The notes under the pieces: model-generated | What the model saw: only the letters and a program-made list of their open reading frames with translations | Told to the model about the DNA's origin: nothing | The model's database searches: none | Position numbers and translations under genes: made by a program | Assembly (NCBI GenBank): GCA_963695095.1 | Contig: CAVOFT010000001.1 | Span: 725,981-789,980, forward strand | Length of the DNA stretch: 64,000 nucleotides | Source: an uncultured bacterium | GTDB taxonomy: Bacteria; Krumholzibacteriota; Krumholzibacteriia; JACNKJ01 | Direction: 5' to 3' | Shown: positions 40,376 to 49,469 of the stretch, piece by piece | Layout of the letters: the number at the start of each line of letters is the position of its first letter | How positions within the stretch are numbered: position 1 is the stretch's first letter

Positions 40376-42151
40376 ATGCTCTCGATCCGCACCTTCGCCG
40401 CAGCGCTGCTGGCGCTTGCCGCCGCCCCGGCGGCCGCCGGTGAGCTGAATCCAGCCTTCCGCGAACAGCTGGCCCTCGCCCGGGCCGACACCCTGCTCAG
40501 CGTGATCGTGACCCTCGGCGAGCAGGCACCGGTGGCGGCCCTCAGCGCGCGCTTGACGGCTGCCGGCGCGAGCAGGGCGCAGCGGCACAGCGAGGTCTTG
40601 CACAGCCTGCACGAGACGGCCCGCGGCCAGGGCCCCCTCCTCGCGTGGTTGGACGGCCAGCGCGAGGCGGGTGCGGTCGCGGGTTACACCGCCCACTGGA
40701 TCGCGAACCTCGTGGTGGTGGCGGCCACGCCCGCAGCCGTCGCGGAGCTGGCCGCGCGGGCAGATGTCGCCGCCGTCGAGGCGAACTTCAGCGCGCTGCC
40801 GCTCGAAGCCGAGATCGGGCAGGCGCCGCCGCCCTGGCCCAGTGTCGGCCTGACGCCGGGTATCGTGGCCATCGGCGCCGATCGCGTCTGGCGCGAGCTG
40901 GGGATCACCGGCGCGGGCGCGCTGGTCGCCGTCATCGACACGGGCGTGGATGGCGGGCATCCCGCTCTCGCCGCGCGCTGGCGCGGCCTCGTGGCGCCGG
41001 CCGCGGACTGCTGGCTCGACCTGCTGGGCGTCTCGCCCACCTTTCCCGTCGATCCGCAAAGCCACGGCACCCACGTGATGGGCACCCTCGCCGGCCTCGC
41101 TCCCGGCGACAGCATCGGCGTGGCGCCGGGAGCGCTGTGGATCGCGACCAACGCGATCGGTCAGGGCGTGGGCACGCCCTTCAACAACGACGTCATCGCG
41201 GCCTTCGCCTGGCTGGCCGATCCCGACGGCGACCCCGAGACCGTGGACGACGTGCCGGACGTGGTGATGAACGCCTGGGGCGTCAACGAATTGCTGGGCT
41301 ACGCGGACTGCGACAGCCGCTGGTGGGCCGTGATCGACCACTGCGAGGCCGCGGGCGTCGTGGCGCTCTTCGCCGCCGGCGGCGACGGGCCGGCCGCGGG
41401 CAGCATCCGCTCGCCGGCCGACCGCGCCGCCACGGCGCTGAGCAGTTTTGCCGTGGGCGCGGTGGATGCGAGCGATCCGGCGGCCTGGCCCTATCCTCTC
41501 GCCTCCTTCTCGAGTCGGGGTCCCTCGGGCTGCGACGTGCCGCCCGCGCTCGCCATCAAGCCCGAGCTGGTGGCGCCCGGCGTGAACGTGGTTTCGGCGG
41601 TGGCCGGCGGCGGCTACGCGAACTACAGCGGCAGCGCGATGGCGGGACCGCATGTGGCGGGCGTCGTGGCGCTCATGCGCAGCGCGAATCCGGACCTCGA
41701 GGTGGACGACATCAAGCAGATCCTGCTCGAGACCGCCCGCGACGAGGGCCCGGCCGGCGACGACAACGGCTACGGCCGGGGCTGCGTGGACGCCTTCGCC
41801 GCCGTGAGCATGGCGCTGCAGGTCGATCCCACGGCCGCACCGGCGGCCGGTCTCTGGGAGCAAGTAGCCGCGCGGCTCGCGCCGGCCCACCCCAATCCCT
41901 TCCGGCCCCGCGAAGGCGCGGTCGCACTGGCCTTCAGCCTGAGCGCGCCGGCCAGTGTGCGCCTGGCCGTCTACGATGTCGCAGGCCGCCGTCTGCGCAC
42001 CCTGGTGGCGGAGCCGCTTCCCGCGGGCGAGCATGCGGCGCGCTGGGACGGCCGTGACGATCAGGGCCGTCCGGCCGGCGCTGGCGTCTATCTCTGCCGC
42101 CTCGAGGTCGGTGCGAGCTGCCTTGCCCGCCGCCTGGTGCTGCTGCATTGA
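40376..42151 (+). CDS. Secreted subtilase (peptidase S8) paralogue with T9SS/FlgD-Ig-like C-terminal domain; catalytic Ser and oxyanion Asn apparently substituted
   Basis: A GGAGG Shine-Dalgarno sequence precedes the ATG at 40376. The signal peptide is MLSIRTFAAALLALAAAPAAAG. Asp (VAVIDTGVDGGHP) and His (HGTHVMGT) are present. However, the sequence reads FAAGGDGP instead of AGNxG, and YSGSAMAGPHVAG instead of SGTSMAxPHVAG. The C-terminus is NPFRPREGAVALAFSLSAPASVRLAVYDVAGRRLRTLV...GVYLCRLEVGASCLARRLVLLH. Confidence 0.8.
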   Translation: MLSIRTFAAALLALAAAPAAAGELNPAFREQLALARADTLLSVIVTLGEQAPVAALSARLTAAGASRAQRHSEVLHSLHETARGQGPLLAWLDGQREAGAVAGYTAHWIANLVVVAATPAAVAELAARADVAAVEANFSALPLEAEIGQAPPPWPSVGLTPGIVAIGADRVWRELGITGAGALVAVIDTGVDGGHPALAARWRGLVAPAADCWLDLLGVSPTFPVDPQSHGTHVMGTLAGLAPGDSIGVAPGALWIATNAIGQGVGTPFNNDVIAAFAWLADPDGDPETVDDVPDVVMNAWGVNELLGYADCDSRWWAVIDHCEAAGVVALFAAGGDGPAAGSIRSPADRAATALSSFAVGAVDASDPAAWPYPLASFSSRGPSGCDVPPALAIKPELVAPGVNVVSAVAGGGYANYSGSAMAGPHVAGVVALMRSANPDLEVDDIKQILLETARDEGPAGDDNGYGRGCVDAFAAVSMALQVDPTAAPAAGLWEQVAARLAPAHPNPFRPREGAVALAFSLSAPASVRLAVYDVAGRRLRTLVAEPLPAGEHAARWDGRDDQGRPAGAGVYLCRLEVGASCLARRLVLLH

Positions 42152-42187
42152 GCTGAAACAGACGACTTCGGCAGCGAAACATCCGCA

Positions 42188-42216
42188 TGACGGCGCGGAA
42201 CTCGTTGTGATATAAT
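42188..42216 (+). promoter_or_regulatory. Sigma70-like promoter with extended -10 (TGACGG-17-TGATATAAT) upstream of the second subtilase
   Basis: A perfect TATAAT at 42211-42216 is preceded by TGA (extended -10). The weak -35 is TGACGG at 42188-42193. It lies about 126 nt upstream of the ATG at 42342. Confidence 0.5.
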
Positions 42217-42341
42217 CCTAACTGCCACGCCTTGGACCCAGCGACCCTCGGCACACCCGCCCAAGCTCGCTGCCCGACCCAGCGGACCGGCGCCAAGCGC
42301 CGGCTACCACGCACATGCAAGGATCTCGGAGGAGGAAGCCC

Positions 42342-45242
42342 ATGCGTCTCGTCAAAGCGCTCGCCTTGGCGGCCCTGTTGCTCGTCCCCACTCTGTCCTT
42401 CGCGGGGGAGATCCACCCCGCCCTGGCCGAGCGGATGGACGCGGCCCCGGCCGATGAGGCCATCAAGATCATCGTCACCATGACGGAGCAGGCGCCCATC
42501 GCCGAGCTCAACCAGTCGCTCAAGCAGGAGCGCGCCAGCCTGGAGCGCCGCCACCGCGAGGTGATCCTGAGCCTTCAGGACGTCTCCCGTTCGCAGACCG
42601 CGCTGCGCAGCTGGCTGGACCTCCAGCTCGCGAGCGGCGCCGTGCGCGGCTACACGCCGCACTGGATCGCCAATCTCATCGTGGTCTCGGCGACGCCCGG
42701 CGCCATCGCCGCCATCGCGGCGAGGCCGGACGTGGCCTTCGTCGAGCTGGACTTCAAGCCCGAGCTGATCGCGCCCGTGCTGAGGCCCTCGCAGGACAGC
42801 GAGCTCGGCGAGGCCGGTACCCGCGGCATCGGCGTCACCCCCGGCCTGCGGGCGCTGAATGCGCCGCAGGTCTGGTACGAGCTGGGCATCACCGGCGCCG
42901 GCCGCCTGGTCGCCAACCTCGACACCGGCGTCGACGGCAACCACCCCGCCCTGGCCTCGCGCTGGCGCGGCAACCATGCCCCGGCCAGCGAGTGCTGGCT
43001 CGACGTGCTCGGCGGCTACCCAGCTCCCCGACGACGACAACGGCCACGGCACCCACGTCATGGGCACCATGACCGGTCTGGCCCCCGACGACACCATCGG
43101 CGTGGCGCCGGGCGCCGAGTGGATCGCCTGCAACGCCATCGACCAGGGCGTGGGCAGCGACTTCGACAACGACATCATCGCCTCCTTCCAGTGGTTCGCC
43201 GATCCCGACGGCAACCCCTACACCGTCGATGACGTGCCCGATGTCGTCCAGAACTCCTGGGGCATCAACGAGGGCTTCGGCGGCGGCTACACCGACTGCG
43301 ACGCGCGCTGGTGGGCGGTGATCGACAACTGCGAGGCCGCCGGCGTCGTGGTCACCTGGTCGGCCGGCAACGAGGGCCCCGGCGCACCAGCCTGCGCTCG
43401 CCGGCCGACCGCGCCACCACGGCCTTCAACTGCTTCGCCATCGGCGCCGTCGACGCCACCAACTACGGCTGGCCCTACCCGATCGCGAGCTTCTCGAGCC
43501 GCGGTCCGCACGCGGCTGCGACGTGGTCGCCCGCGCTGAAGATCAAGCCCGAGGTCTCCGCGCCCGGCGTCGACGTCTACTCCTCCGTGCCCGGCGGCGG
43601 CTACAGCGCCAGCTAGAGCGGCACCTCGATGGCCGGCCCGCACGTGGCCGGCGTCGTCGGCCTCATGCGCCAGGCCAACCCCGACCTCGACGTCGACACG
43701 ATCAAGCAGATCCTGATGGAGACCGCCGTCGACGAGGGCACGGCCGGCGAGGACAACATCTACGGCTACGGCTTCGTCGACGCCTACGCGGCCGTCCTGG
43801 CGGCCATGGAGGGCTTCGGCTCGCTCGAGGGCTACGTGCGCAACGCCAGCTACGGCAACGTGCCCCTGCCCGGCGCCACGGTGGAGCTCCTGAGCACCAC
43901 CTTCCACTGGACCGCCGACGCGGCCGGTTTCTATCACGGCTCCGCGAGCGCGAACAACTACACCGCCCGCGCCAGCCTGGCCGGCTTCGCCGACCAGAAC
44001 GTGGCCGTGACGATCACCGATGGCACGCCCACCCTGCAGGACTTTGCGCTCACGGACATCGCCGGGCCGACGCTCAGCAACCTGACGCCGGGCGGCAGCA
44101 CGAGCAACACGGCCGGTCCCTATCCGGTCAGCGTCAATGCGCAGGACTACAGCACGGTGGCCTCGGTCACGCTCTACTACCGCGTCAACATGGGCGCCTG
44201 GCAGAGCACGCCGATGACGGGCGGGCCGCTCACCTTCACGGCGAGCATGCCCGGCTCCTTCGCCAACAGCCACCTGGACTACTACGTCCAGGCCACCGAC
44301 GGCGTCAGTCACAGCAGCGTGCTGCCCGCGGGCGCGCCCCTGGCCTTCGAGACGCTCTACATCACCGAGCAGGTCTACGCCTTCGACGCCGAGAGCGGCC
44401 AGGGCAGCTGGACGCTCGGTGTCGCCGGCGATGCCGCCACCAGCGGCCTGTGGGTTCGGGCCGATCCCATCGGCACGAACTACAACGGCACGCCGATGCA
44501 GCCCGAGGACGACCACACGGCCGCCCCCGGCATCTACTGCTTCGTCACCGGCAACGGCACCGTCGGCGGCGCGGTCGGCGACCAGGACGTGGACGGCGGC
44601 TGCACCACCCTGCTCAGCCCGATCTTCGACCTCAGCACGGCGGATCGCGCCTTCGTGCGCTACTGGCGCTGGTATGGCGAGGGCGGCAACTCGACGGACG
44701 ACGCCTTCGTCGTGCAGATCACGAGCAACGGCAGCAGCTGGGTGCAGCTCGAGAGCGTACCGAACATCGCCAATAGCTGGACCCTGGTGAACGAGGAGAT
44801 CACGGGCCTGGTGCCGCTCACCAGCACGGTGCAGCTGCGCTTCCTGGCCTGCGACCTCAACACCGCCGGCCTGGTCGAGGCGGCCATCGACGACATCGCC
44901 CTCGAGACCTACGACGCCAACTTGACGGCAGTGCCGGGCGACGCGACGCCGCAGTGGTCGCTCTCGCTCCAGCAGAGCCAGCCCAACCCCTTCCGTCCCG
45001 GCGACGGTCCGACCACCCTGCGCTTCAGCCTGGAGTCGCAGACGCGGGCGCGCCTGGCCGTCTACGATATCGCCGGCCGCCTGGTGCGGACGCTGACCGA
45101 CGGCGCCTTCGCGCCCGGCGAGCATGCGCTCAGCTGGGACGGCAAGGACGCCCATGGGCAGCAGGTCAGCTCGGGAGTCTACTTCTACCGGCTCGAGGCC
45201 CAGGGCCAGAGCCAGAGCCGCAGCCTGGTGCTGGTCCGCTAG
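42342..45242 (+). pseudogene. Large secreted subtilase (peptidase S8) with canonical active site and T9SS/FlgD-Ig-like C-terminal domain, disrupted by at least 2 frame shifts and an in-frame TAG
   Basis: A GGAGGAGG Shine-Dalgarno sequence precedes the ATG at 42342. The N-terminus with VANLDTGVDGNHP is in ORF 42315..43232. DDDNGHGTHVMGT...WSAGNEGPG is in ORF 42859..43539. SLRSPADRATTAF...GGGYSAS is in ORF 43311..43616, which ends at the TAG at 43614-43616. The same frame continues as SGTSMAGPHVAG... to 45242 (ORF 43629..45242). The C-terminus is NPFRPGDGPTTLRFSLESQTRARLAVYDIAGRLVRTL...GVYFYRLEAQGQSQSRSLVLVR. Confidence 0.8.
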
Positions 45243-45290
45243 GACCCGCGGCCCGGTACGCGAGAGGCGCAGCACACGCCAACGGCGAGG

Positions 45291-45322
45291 GGCCGGCGGG
45301 GAAACCCGCCGGCCTTTTGCTT
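45291..45322 (+). terminator. Rho-independent terminator
   Basis: GGCCGGCGGG-GAAA-CCCGCCGGCC is followed by TTTTGCTT, 49 nt after the subtilase stop. Confidence 0.7.
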
Positions 45323-45369
45323 GCGCGGCCGACCGGCGCCCCGCATTTTTCCGACCCCTGCCGCCCGAG

Positions 45370-46932
45370 GTGCGAACCCTGCGCCATTTCCTGCTGTCCG
45401 GCGTCACCCTCGCCTCGCTCCTCCTGCTCCCGACACGGCCGGCGATCGCCACGGCCTTCGTCCAGGACCCGGCGCCCTCGCCCGCGGACCAGTGCAAGCT
45501 GGACGACATCGCCGCCTCGCCCACGGGGCGCATCGCCGCCGCCGGCTGGGAGCGCACCTTCATGACCGGCGGCTCGCCGGGCACTCCGCTCATCGTCGAG
45601 AAGTCGGCCGCCGCGGGCAGCTGGACGGTGCTCGACAACCCCGACCAGGGCTTCACCTGGCACGACCTCGGCGCGGTGGACTACCTGCCCGGCCATCCCG
45701 ACGAGGATCTCGTGGCGGTGGGCACCTATTACCCGGACATTCTCCTCGCCCACGGCCATGGGCTCCTGCTGCGCTACCGCCGCGCCGCGGGCGCCTGGGA
45801 CATGGGCACCTTCAACGATCCCGGCGCCGAGTTCCACTTCGTCGAGGACGCCGTCTTCGATCCCCTCGATCCGAATCGCCTGCTCATCGCCGGCACGCGT
45901 GGCGTCGACGATGGCGTCGGCTCCTGCTTCCGCTTCACGACGATGGTGGTCGCCTATCGCCTGGACACGATGAGCTACGAGATCCTGCCGACCACGGCCC
46001 TCGGCGGCCTGAGCTCGATCGTGGCCCTGCCGGACGGGCGCTTCCTGGCCGTCGGCATCGCGGCCGGCGACTGCGACTACCTCAACATCCCGATCGTGCT
46101 GCTCATCGACGGCGCGACGAGCACGGTGCTGCCCAACCCGCCGCCCTGGCCGGGCTACCCCGCCTACCGGCTGAACTACGCGCTCACGCTGGCGGACGGC
46201 CGCGTGCTGATGGTGGGCATGGCGACGCCGAACGGGGGCTCGCACTTCGTCACGCTGGGTTACGTCTTCGACCCGGCCACGAATGGCTGGATGGTGACCA
46301 AGCCCCTGGACCCCGACACCAGCACGCACCCGGCGGGCTTCACGAACCAGCTCTGGAGCTTGACGCCTGGGCTGGACGGCCGCATCTACGCGGTGGGGCG
46401 CTATCACTACATCAGCGACATGGGCTACCACTACTATCGGGCGCTCATCGAGAGCTGGGATGGTGCGAACTGGCGCCTGGAGGAGACGCCGGAGGAGTTC
46501 GGCTCGCCATGGAACACCCAGCTCTGGGGCGTCTGCACGCATCCGACGGCGGGTGTCTGGGCGGCCGGCTACTGGGATCCCGCCGAGTACCCGGACCGCT
46601 CGCTGGTGCTGCGGCAGGCCGACCCGCCCACGGGCGCGGTCGACGCGGCGGCCGCGGGCGCGCTCGGCTGCGAGGCCTTCCCCAATCCCTTCCGCGAATC
46701 GACGCGCCTGCGCTTCAGCCTGCGCACGGAGGGGCCGGCGGAGCTGGCCATCTTCGATGTCTCGGGGCGTCGCCTGCGCGCGCTCGCCGCGGGCGCGCTA
46801 TCTGCCGGCGAGCATGCCTTCACCTGGGATGGCCGCGATGATGAGGGCCGCGCGCTGAGCGCGGGCGTCTACCTGGCGCGGCTGGAGGCGGAGGGCGCGA
46901 GCGAGAGCCGCAGTCTGGTCTTGCTGCGCTAG
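45370..46932 (+). CDS. Hypothetical secreted beta-propeller-like protein with T9SS/FlgD-Ig-like C-terminal domain
   Basis: The proposed GTG start gives VRTLRHFLLSGVTLASLLLLPTRPAIATA, which looks like a signal peptide. Beta-strand blocks recur (GRIAAAGW, LVAVGTYY, RLLIAGTRG, GRFLAVGIA, GRVLMVGMA, GRIYAVGRY, GVWAAGYW). The C-terminus is FPNPFRESTRLRFSLRTEGPAELAIFDVSGRRLRAL...GVYLARLEAEGASESRSLVLLR. Confidence 0.7.
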   Translation: MRTLRHFLLSGVTLASLLLLPTRPAIATAFVQDPAPSPADQCKLDDIAASPTGRIAAAGWERTFMTGGSPGTPLIVEKSAAAGSWTVLDNPDQGFTWHDLGAVDYLPGHPDEDLVAVGTYYPDILLAHGHGLLLRYRRAAGAWDMGTFNDPGAEFHFVEDAVFDPLDPNRLLIAGTRGVDDGVGSCFRFTTMVVAYRLDTMSYEILPTTALGGLSSIVALPDGRFLAVGIAAGDCDYLNIPIVLLIDGATSTVLPNPPPWPGYPAYRLNYALTLADGRVLMVGMATPNGGSHFVTLGYVFDPATNGWMVTKPLDPDTSTHPAGFTNQLWSLTPGLDGRIYAVGRYHYISDMGYHYYRALIESWDGANWRLEETPEEFGSPWNTQLWGVCTHPTAGVWAAGYWDPAEYPDRSLVLRQADPPTGAVDAAAAGALGCEAFPNPFRESTRLRFSLRTEGPAELAIFDVSGRRLRALAAGALSAGEHAFTWDGRDDEGRALSAGVYLARLEAEGASESRSLVLLR

Positions 46933-46936
46933 CCGG

Positions 46937-46983
46937 CGCGTTGCCACGTGGCAACGCGATCCGGTCCTTGTCACGTGACAAGG
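46937..46983. repeat. Two adjacent perfect palindromes sharing a TTGNCACGTGNCAA core
   Basis: CGCGTTGCCACGTGGCAACGCG (46937-46958, 22 nt) and CCTTGTCACGTGACAAGG (46966-46983, 18 nt) have centres 27 nt apart. They lie directly after the stop at 46932. Confidence 0.8.
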
Positions 46984-46992
46984 CGCAGAGGC

Positions 46993-47088
46993 TCAGCGAA
47001 TCAACACCAGCTTCTGCGAGGCCCTGCCGGCCTCCGTTTCCAGTAGGCACAGGTAGACGCCCGAGCCGACCGCCTCCCGGCCGGGCCC
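46993..47088 (-). pseudogene. Orphan fragment: last 31 codons of a T9SS/FlgD-Ig-like C-terminal sorting domain
   Basis: Minus-strand translation gives GPGREAVGSGVYLCLLETEAGRASQKLVLIR*. This matches the ends of the six full-length sorting domains in the window (for example SGVYFYRLEAQGQSQSRSLVLVR). No upstream coding part exists, because the yhhQ stop abuts it. Confidence 0.6.
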
Positions 47089-47826
47089 TCAGGCGCTGCC
47101 CGACTGCTTGGCGGCCTCCAGCGCCATCTCGTGGGCCAGCTCGGGCCCGAGGAAGCGCTCGGCGGCGCTGTGGCCGGCGTAGATCAGCGGCGTGAGGATC
47201 ACCGCCACCGTGAACTTGTAGAGGTACTGCGTCACGGCGATGCTGAGGAACTGCGCGCCCGTCAGCTTGCCCGGCAGGTAGAAGGCGATGCCGAGGATCA
47301 CGATCGTGTCCACAGCCTGCGAGAAGATGGTCGAACCCGTCGCGCGCAGCCAGAGGCGGCCGGGCCCCGTCACCCGCCGCAGGCGGTGGAAGATGAGCAC
47401 GTCGGTGAGCTGGCTGAGGGCGAAGGCGGTGAGCGAGCCGACGATGATCCACAGCGACTGGCCGAAGACCTGCGCGAAGGCCGCGCCCGAAACAGGCGAG
47501 AAATCGGTGGCCGGGATCCGCAACGCGGCGAAGAGCGCGATGAAGGCGTAACTGATCATGCCCACGCCCAGGAAGGTGAGCTGCCGCACGCCGCGCTTGC
47601 CGTAGTACTCGTTCACGAGGTCCGTGGTGAGGAAGACCACCGGCCAGGGGATGACGCCCACGGACATCAGGAAGGGACCGATCTCCAGGAGGCCCAGCTT
47701 GAGCACGAAGTCCGGCGAGCTGAGGTAGAAGAGCTTGCCGCCGATGAGCTCGCCGAGCAGCGCGTTGGTGAGGAAGAAGCCGCCGAGGATGAGGAAGAGC
47801 GTATCGCGGCGGGTCTTCATGGCCAT
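47089..47826 (-). CDS. yhhQ: Queuosine-precursor transporter (YhhQ / DUF165, VUT family)
   Basis: This is an intact 245-aa polytopic membrane ORF. Motifs present are PWPVVFLTTDLVNEYYGKRG, AFALSQLTDVLIFHRLR, LWLRATGSTIFSQAVDT and FTVAVILTPLIY. Confidence 0.8.
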   Translation of the reverse strand: MAMKTRRDTLFLILGGFFLTNALLGELIGGKLFYLSSPDFVLKLGLLEIGPFLMSVGVIPWPVVFLTTDLVNEYYGKRGVRQLTFLGVGMISYAFIALFAALRIPATDFSPVSGAAFAQVFGQSLWIIVGSLTAFALSQLTDVLIFHRLRRVTGPGRLWLRATGSTIFSQAVDTIVILGIAFYLPGKLTGAQFLSIAVTQYLYKFTVAVILTPLIYAGHSAAERFLGPELAHEMALEAAKQSGSA

Positions 47827-47873
47827 GGCCGGGCGCTCCTGCTCGGGCGAGGGTTCGGCAAGGGGTGGCGCGA

Positions 47874-47902
47874 ACCCTACGAAGCGTGGCCGGCGCTGTC
47901 AA
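47874..47902 (-). promoter_or_regulatory. Sigma70-like promoter TTGACA-17-TAGGGT upstream of yhhQ
   Basis: On the minus strand, a perfect TTGACA (47902-47897), a 17-nt spacer and TAGGGT (47879-47874) lie in the 87-nt spacer after the TonB-like gene stop. An AGGAG Shine-Dalgarno sequence lies 10 nt before the ATG. Confidence 0.4.
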
Positions 47903-47913
47903 GGCGCCGGGCG

Positions 47914-48963
47914 CTACTGCCCCGGCGTGAAGACGAAGGGCGCCCGGAAGCTCACGCGGCCCGCCGGCACGGCGCCGAAGCTCCAGGCCTTCACCTGCGC
48001 CAGCACGCAGTCGAGCACGGCGGCGCTCCTGAGGCCGTCCTCGAGCACGGCGGCCTCGCTGACGCCGCCGTCGGCCTCCACCGTGAGGCGCAGCACCAGC
48101 TTGCCGCCGAGCGTGGCGTCGCGCTTCAGCGCGTTGTCGTAGCAGTAGCGGATGCCCGGCGCGTAGCGCTGCAGCACGGCGAGCAGGGAGGCGTTGCTGC
48201 GGATCTCGCCGCCGCCCGGCGCGCCCCCCGCCCGGGCGCCCGCTGCCCCAGCGCCTTCTGCGCCCTCGCTGCCCGCGCTCCAGTCGCCGATCTCCACGCT
48301 GAGCCCGGCCGCCAGCAGCACGGGCCCGCCGCCCGCGGGCGCGGCGGCCGCCACGCTGCTCTCGACACTGCCCAGCGCCTCCTGCCCGCGGCCGCGGCGC
48401 AGGCGGCCGCGCGCCGCCCCGGCGGAGGGCGCCGCGGGGGCGTCCCCGGCGGGCAGCGCGGTGGAGAGCTTGGCCAGCGTGGCGTCCAGGGCCTGGGTCG
48501 TCGAGGCGAGAGCCTGCGTCGCCGCCTCGGCCTGGCGGCGTCCGGCCAGGCCCTGATCGGGCGCCACGCGCGGCGCCTGGGCCAGCCGCTCCACCCGCCG
48601 CGGCGCGCGCTCGGGCTCGGGCGCGGGGGTCGGGTCCGGCGGCTGCGGCGCGGCGGCCTCGGCTGCCGGCGCCGCCGCTAGCGGCGAGGCGACCGGCGCG
48701 CTCGCGACCGGCACCGGCGGCTCCGGGCGGCGCTCCTCGAGGATCAGCCGCGCGAGACGCTCGGGCATGGCCTCGAGCGTGGGCGCCTCCTCCACCGGCG
48801 CCGGCGCGAAGAGCAGCACCGCGAGGACGAGGAGGCCCAGCGCGGCGGCCATGGCGAAGGAGCGCCGCGTGCGCGCATCCATCTCGCCGATCAGGATGAC
48901 GTGCCAGGGCAGCCGATAGCTGCGCGCGATGGGGCTGAGCGGCCGGCCGAGGGCGAAGGCCAT
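47914..48963 (-). CDS. TonB-like energy-transducer-type protein with AgmX/PglI-type C-terminal domain
   Basis: The ATG overlaps the ExbD stop. There is one N-terminal TM segment (FAMAAALGLLVLAVLLFA) and a Pro/Ala-rich linker. The C-terminus is LLAVLQRYAPGIRYCYDNALKRDATLGGKLVLRLTVEADGGVSEAAVLEDGLRSAAVLDCVLAQVKAWSFGAVPAGRVSFRAPFVF, which follows the CY...G.V...C...W.F pattern. Confidence 0.7.
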   Translation of the reverse strand: MAFALGRPLSPIARSYRLPWHVILIGEMDARTRRSFAMAAALGLLVLAVLLFAPAPVEEAPTLEAMPERLARLILEERRPEPPVPVASAPVASPLAAAPAAEAAAPQPPDPTPAPEPERAPRRVERLAQAPRVAPDQGLAGRRQAEAATQALASTTQALDATLAKLSTALPAGDAPAAPSAGAARGRLRRGRGQEALGSVESSVAAAAPAGGGPVLLAAGLSVEIGDWSAGSEGAEGAGAAGARAGGAPGGGEIRSNASLLAVLQRYAPGIRYCYDNALKRDATLGGKLVLRLTVEADGGVSEAAVLEDGLRSAAVLDCVLAQVKAWSFGAVPAGRVSFRAPFVFTPGQ

Positions 48964-49469
48964 CAGGAGTCCTTGATCACGGCCAGGGCGATGTCGCCGT
49001 AGCCGCTCTGGTTGCAGGTGTACATGACGCGCTGCAGGATGGCGAACTCGATGTCGCGATCGCCCTGGATCGCCACGCGCGGCCGGGCGCTCTCGCCCGT
49101 GCGCCGCGCGGCCAGGGCCTCGCTCTTCGCGCGCTCGGTCTGGAGGCGCTCGCCCAGGCCCGCGATCCAGAGCGACTCGCCCGCCAGACTCGCGCCGACC
49201 GAGGCCACCATCTCGTCGCCGACGAGGATGGCGTCGTCGAAGACCGCCACCACGAGCGCGGGCCGGGCGGCGTCCTGGCTGCGCGACGCGGGCAGATCCA
49301 CGCCCGGCACGGGGGTCAGCGCCTCGCCGTCCACCACGAAGCTCTTGAGCAGGAAGAGCAGCAGCGAGGTGAAGATGTCCATCATCGAGGTCATGCGCAG
49401 CACGGCCTTGCGGTTCTCCCGCCGCAGGCGGCTGAAGCCGCCCCGACTGCGCCGCGTCGAAGCCTTCAT
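48963..49469 (-). CDS. ExbD/TolR-family (MotB-like stator) protein, copy 2
   Basis: The 168-aa ORF has an N-terminal TM segment (MTSMMDIFTSLLLFLL) and the periplasmic block VAIQGDRDIEFAILQRVMYTCNQSGY. Confidence 0.8.
   Translation of the reverse strand: MKASTRRSRGGFSRLRRENRKAVLRMTSMMDIFTSLLLFLLKSFVVDGEALTPVPGVDLPASRSQDAARPALVVAVFDDAILVGDEMVASVGASLAGESLWIAGLGERLQTERAKSEALAARRTGESARPRVAIQGDRDIEFAILQRVMYTCNQSGYGDIALAVIKDS

Noticed and set aside
43614-43616. An in-frame TAG in subtilase 2 as possible stop-codon recoding (pyrrolysine or reassignment).
   Set aside because: TAG terminates several clearly complete genes here (the CDC-like gene, rpoZ, PorV/OmpA, subtilase 2 itself and the gene ending at 46932). 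The same gene also carries frame shifts. A nonsense lesion or sequence error is the simpler explanation.
43287-45656. A 789-aa minus-strand ORF opposite subtilase 2 and the downstream spacer.
   Set aside because: It is the antisense of a recognisable S8 peptidase and crosses a plus-strand intrinsic terminator. Its composition is not protein-like.
47827-47913. A preQ1 riboswitch upstream of the queuosine-precursor transporter yhhQ. There is a GGTTC-containing hairpin, AGGGTTCG-N13-CGAACCCT.
   Set aside because: It lacks the A-rich 3' tail and the pseudoknot arrangement of preQ1-I. The predicted promoter -10 element lies inside the hairpin. A cmsearch would still be worthwhile.
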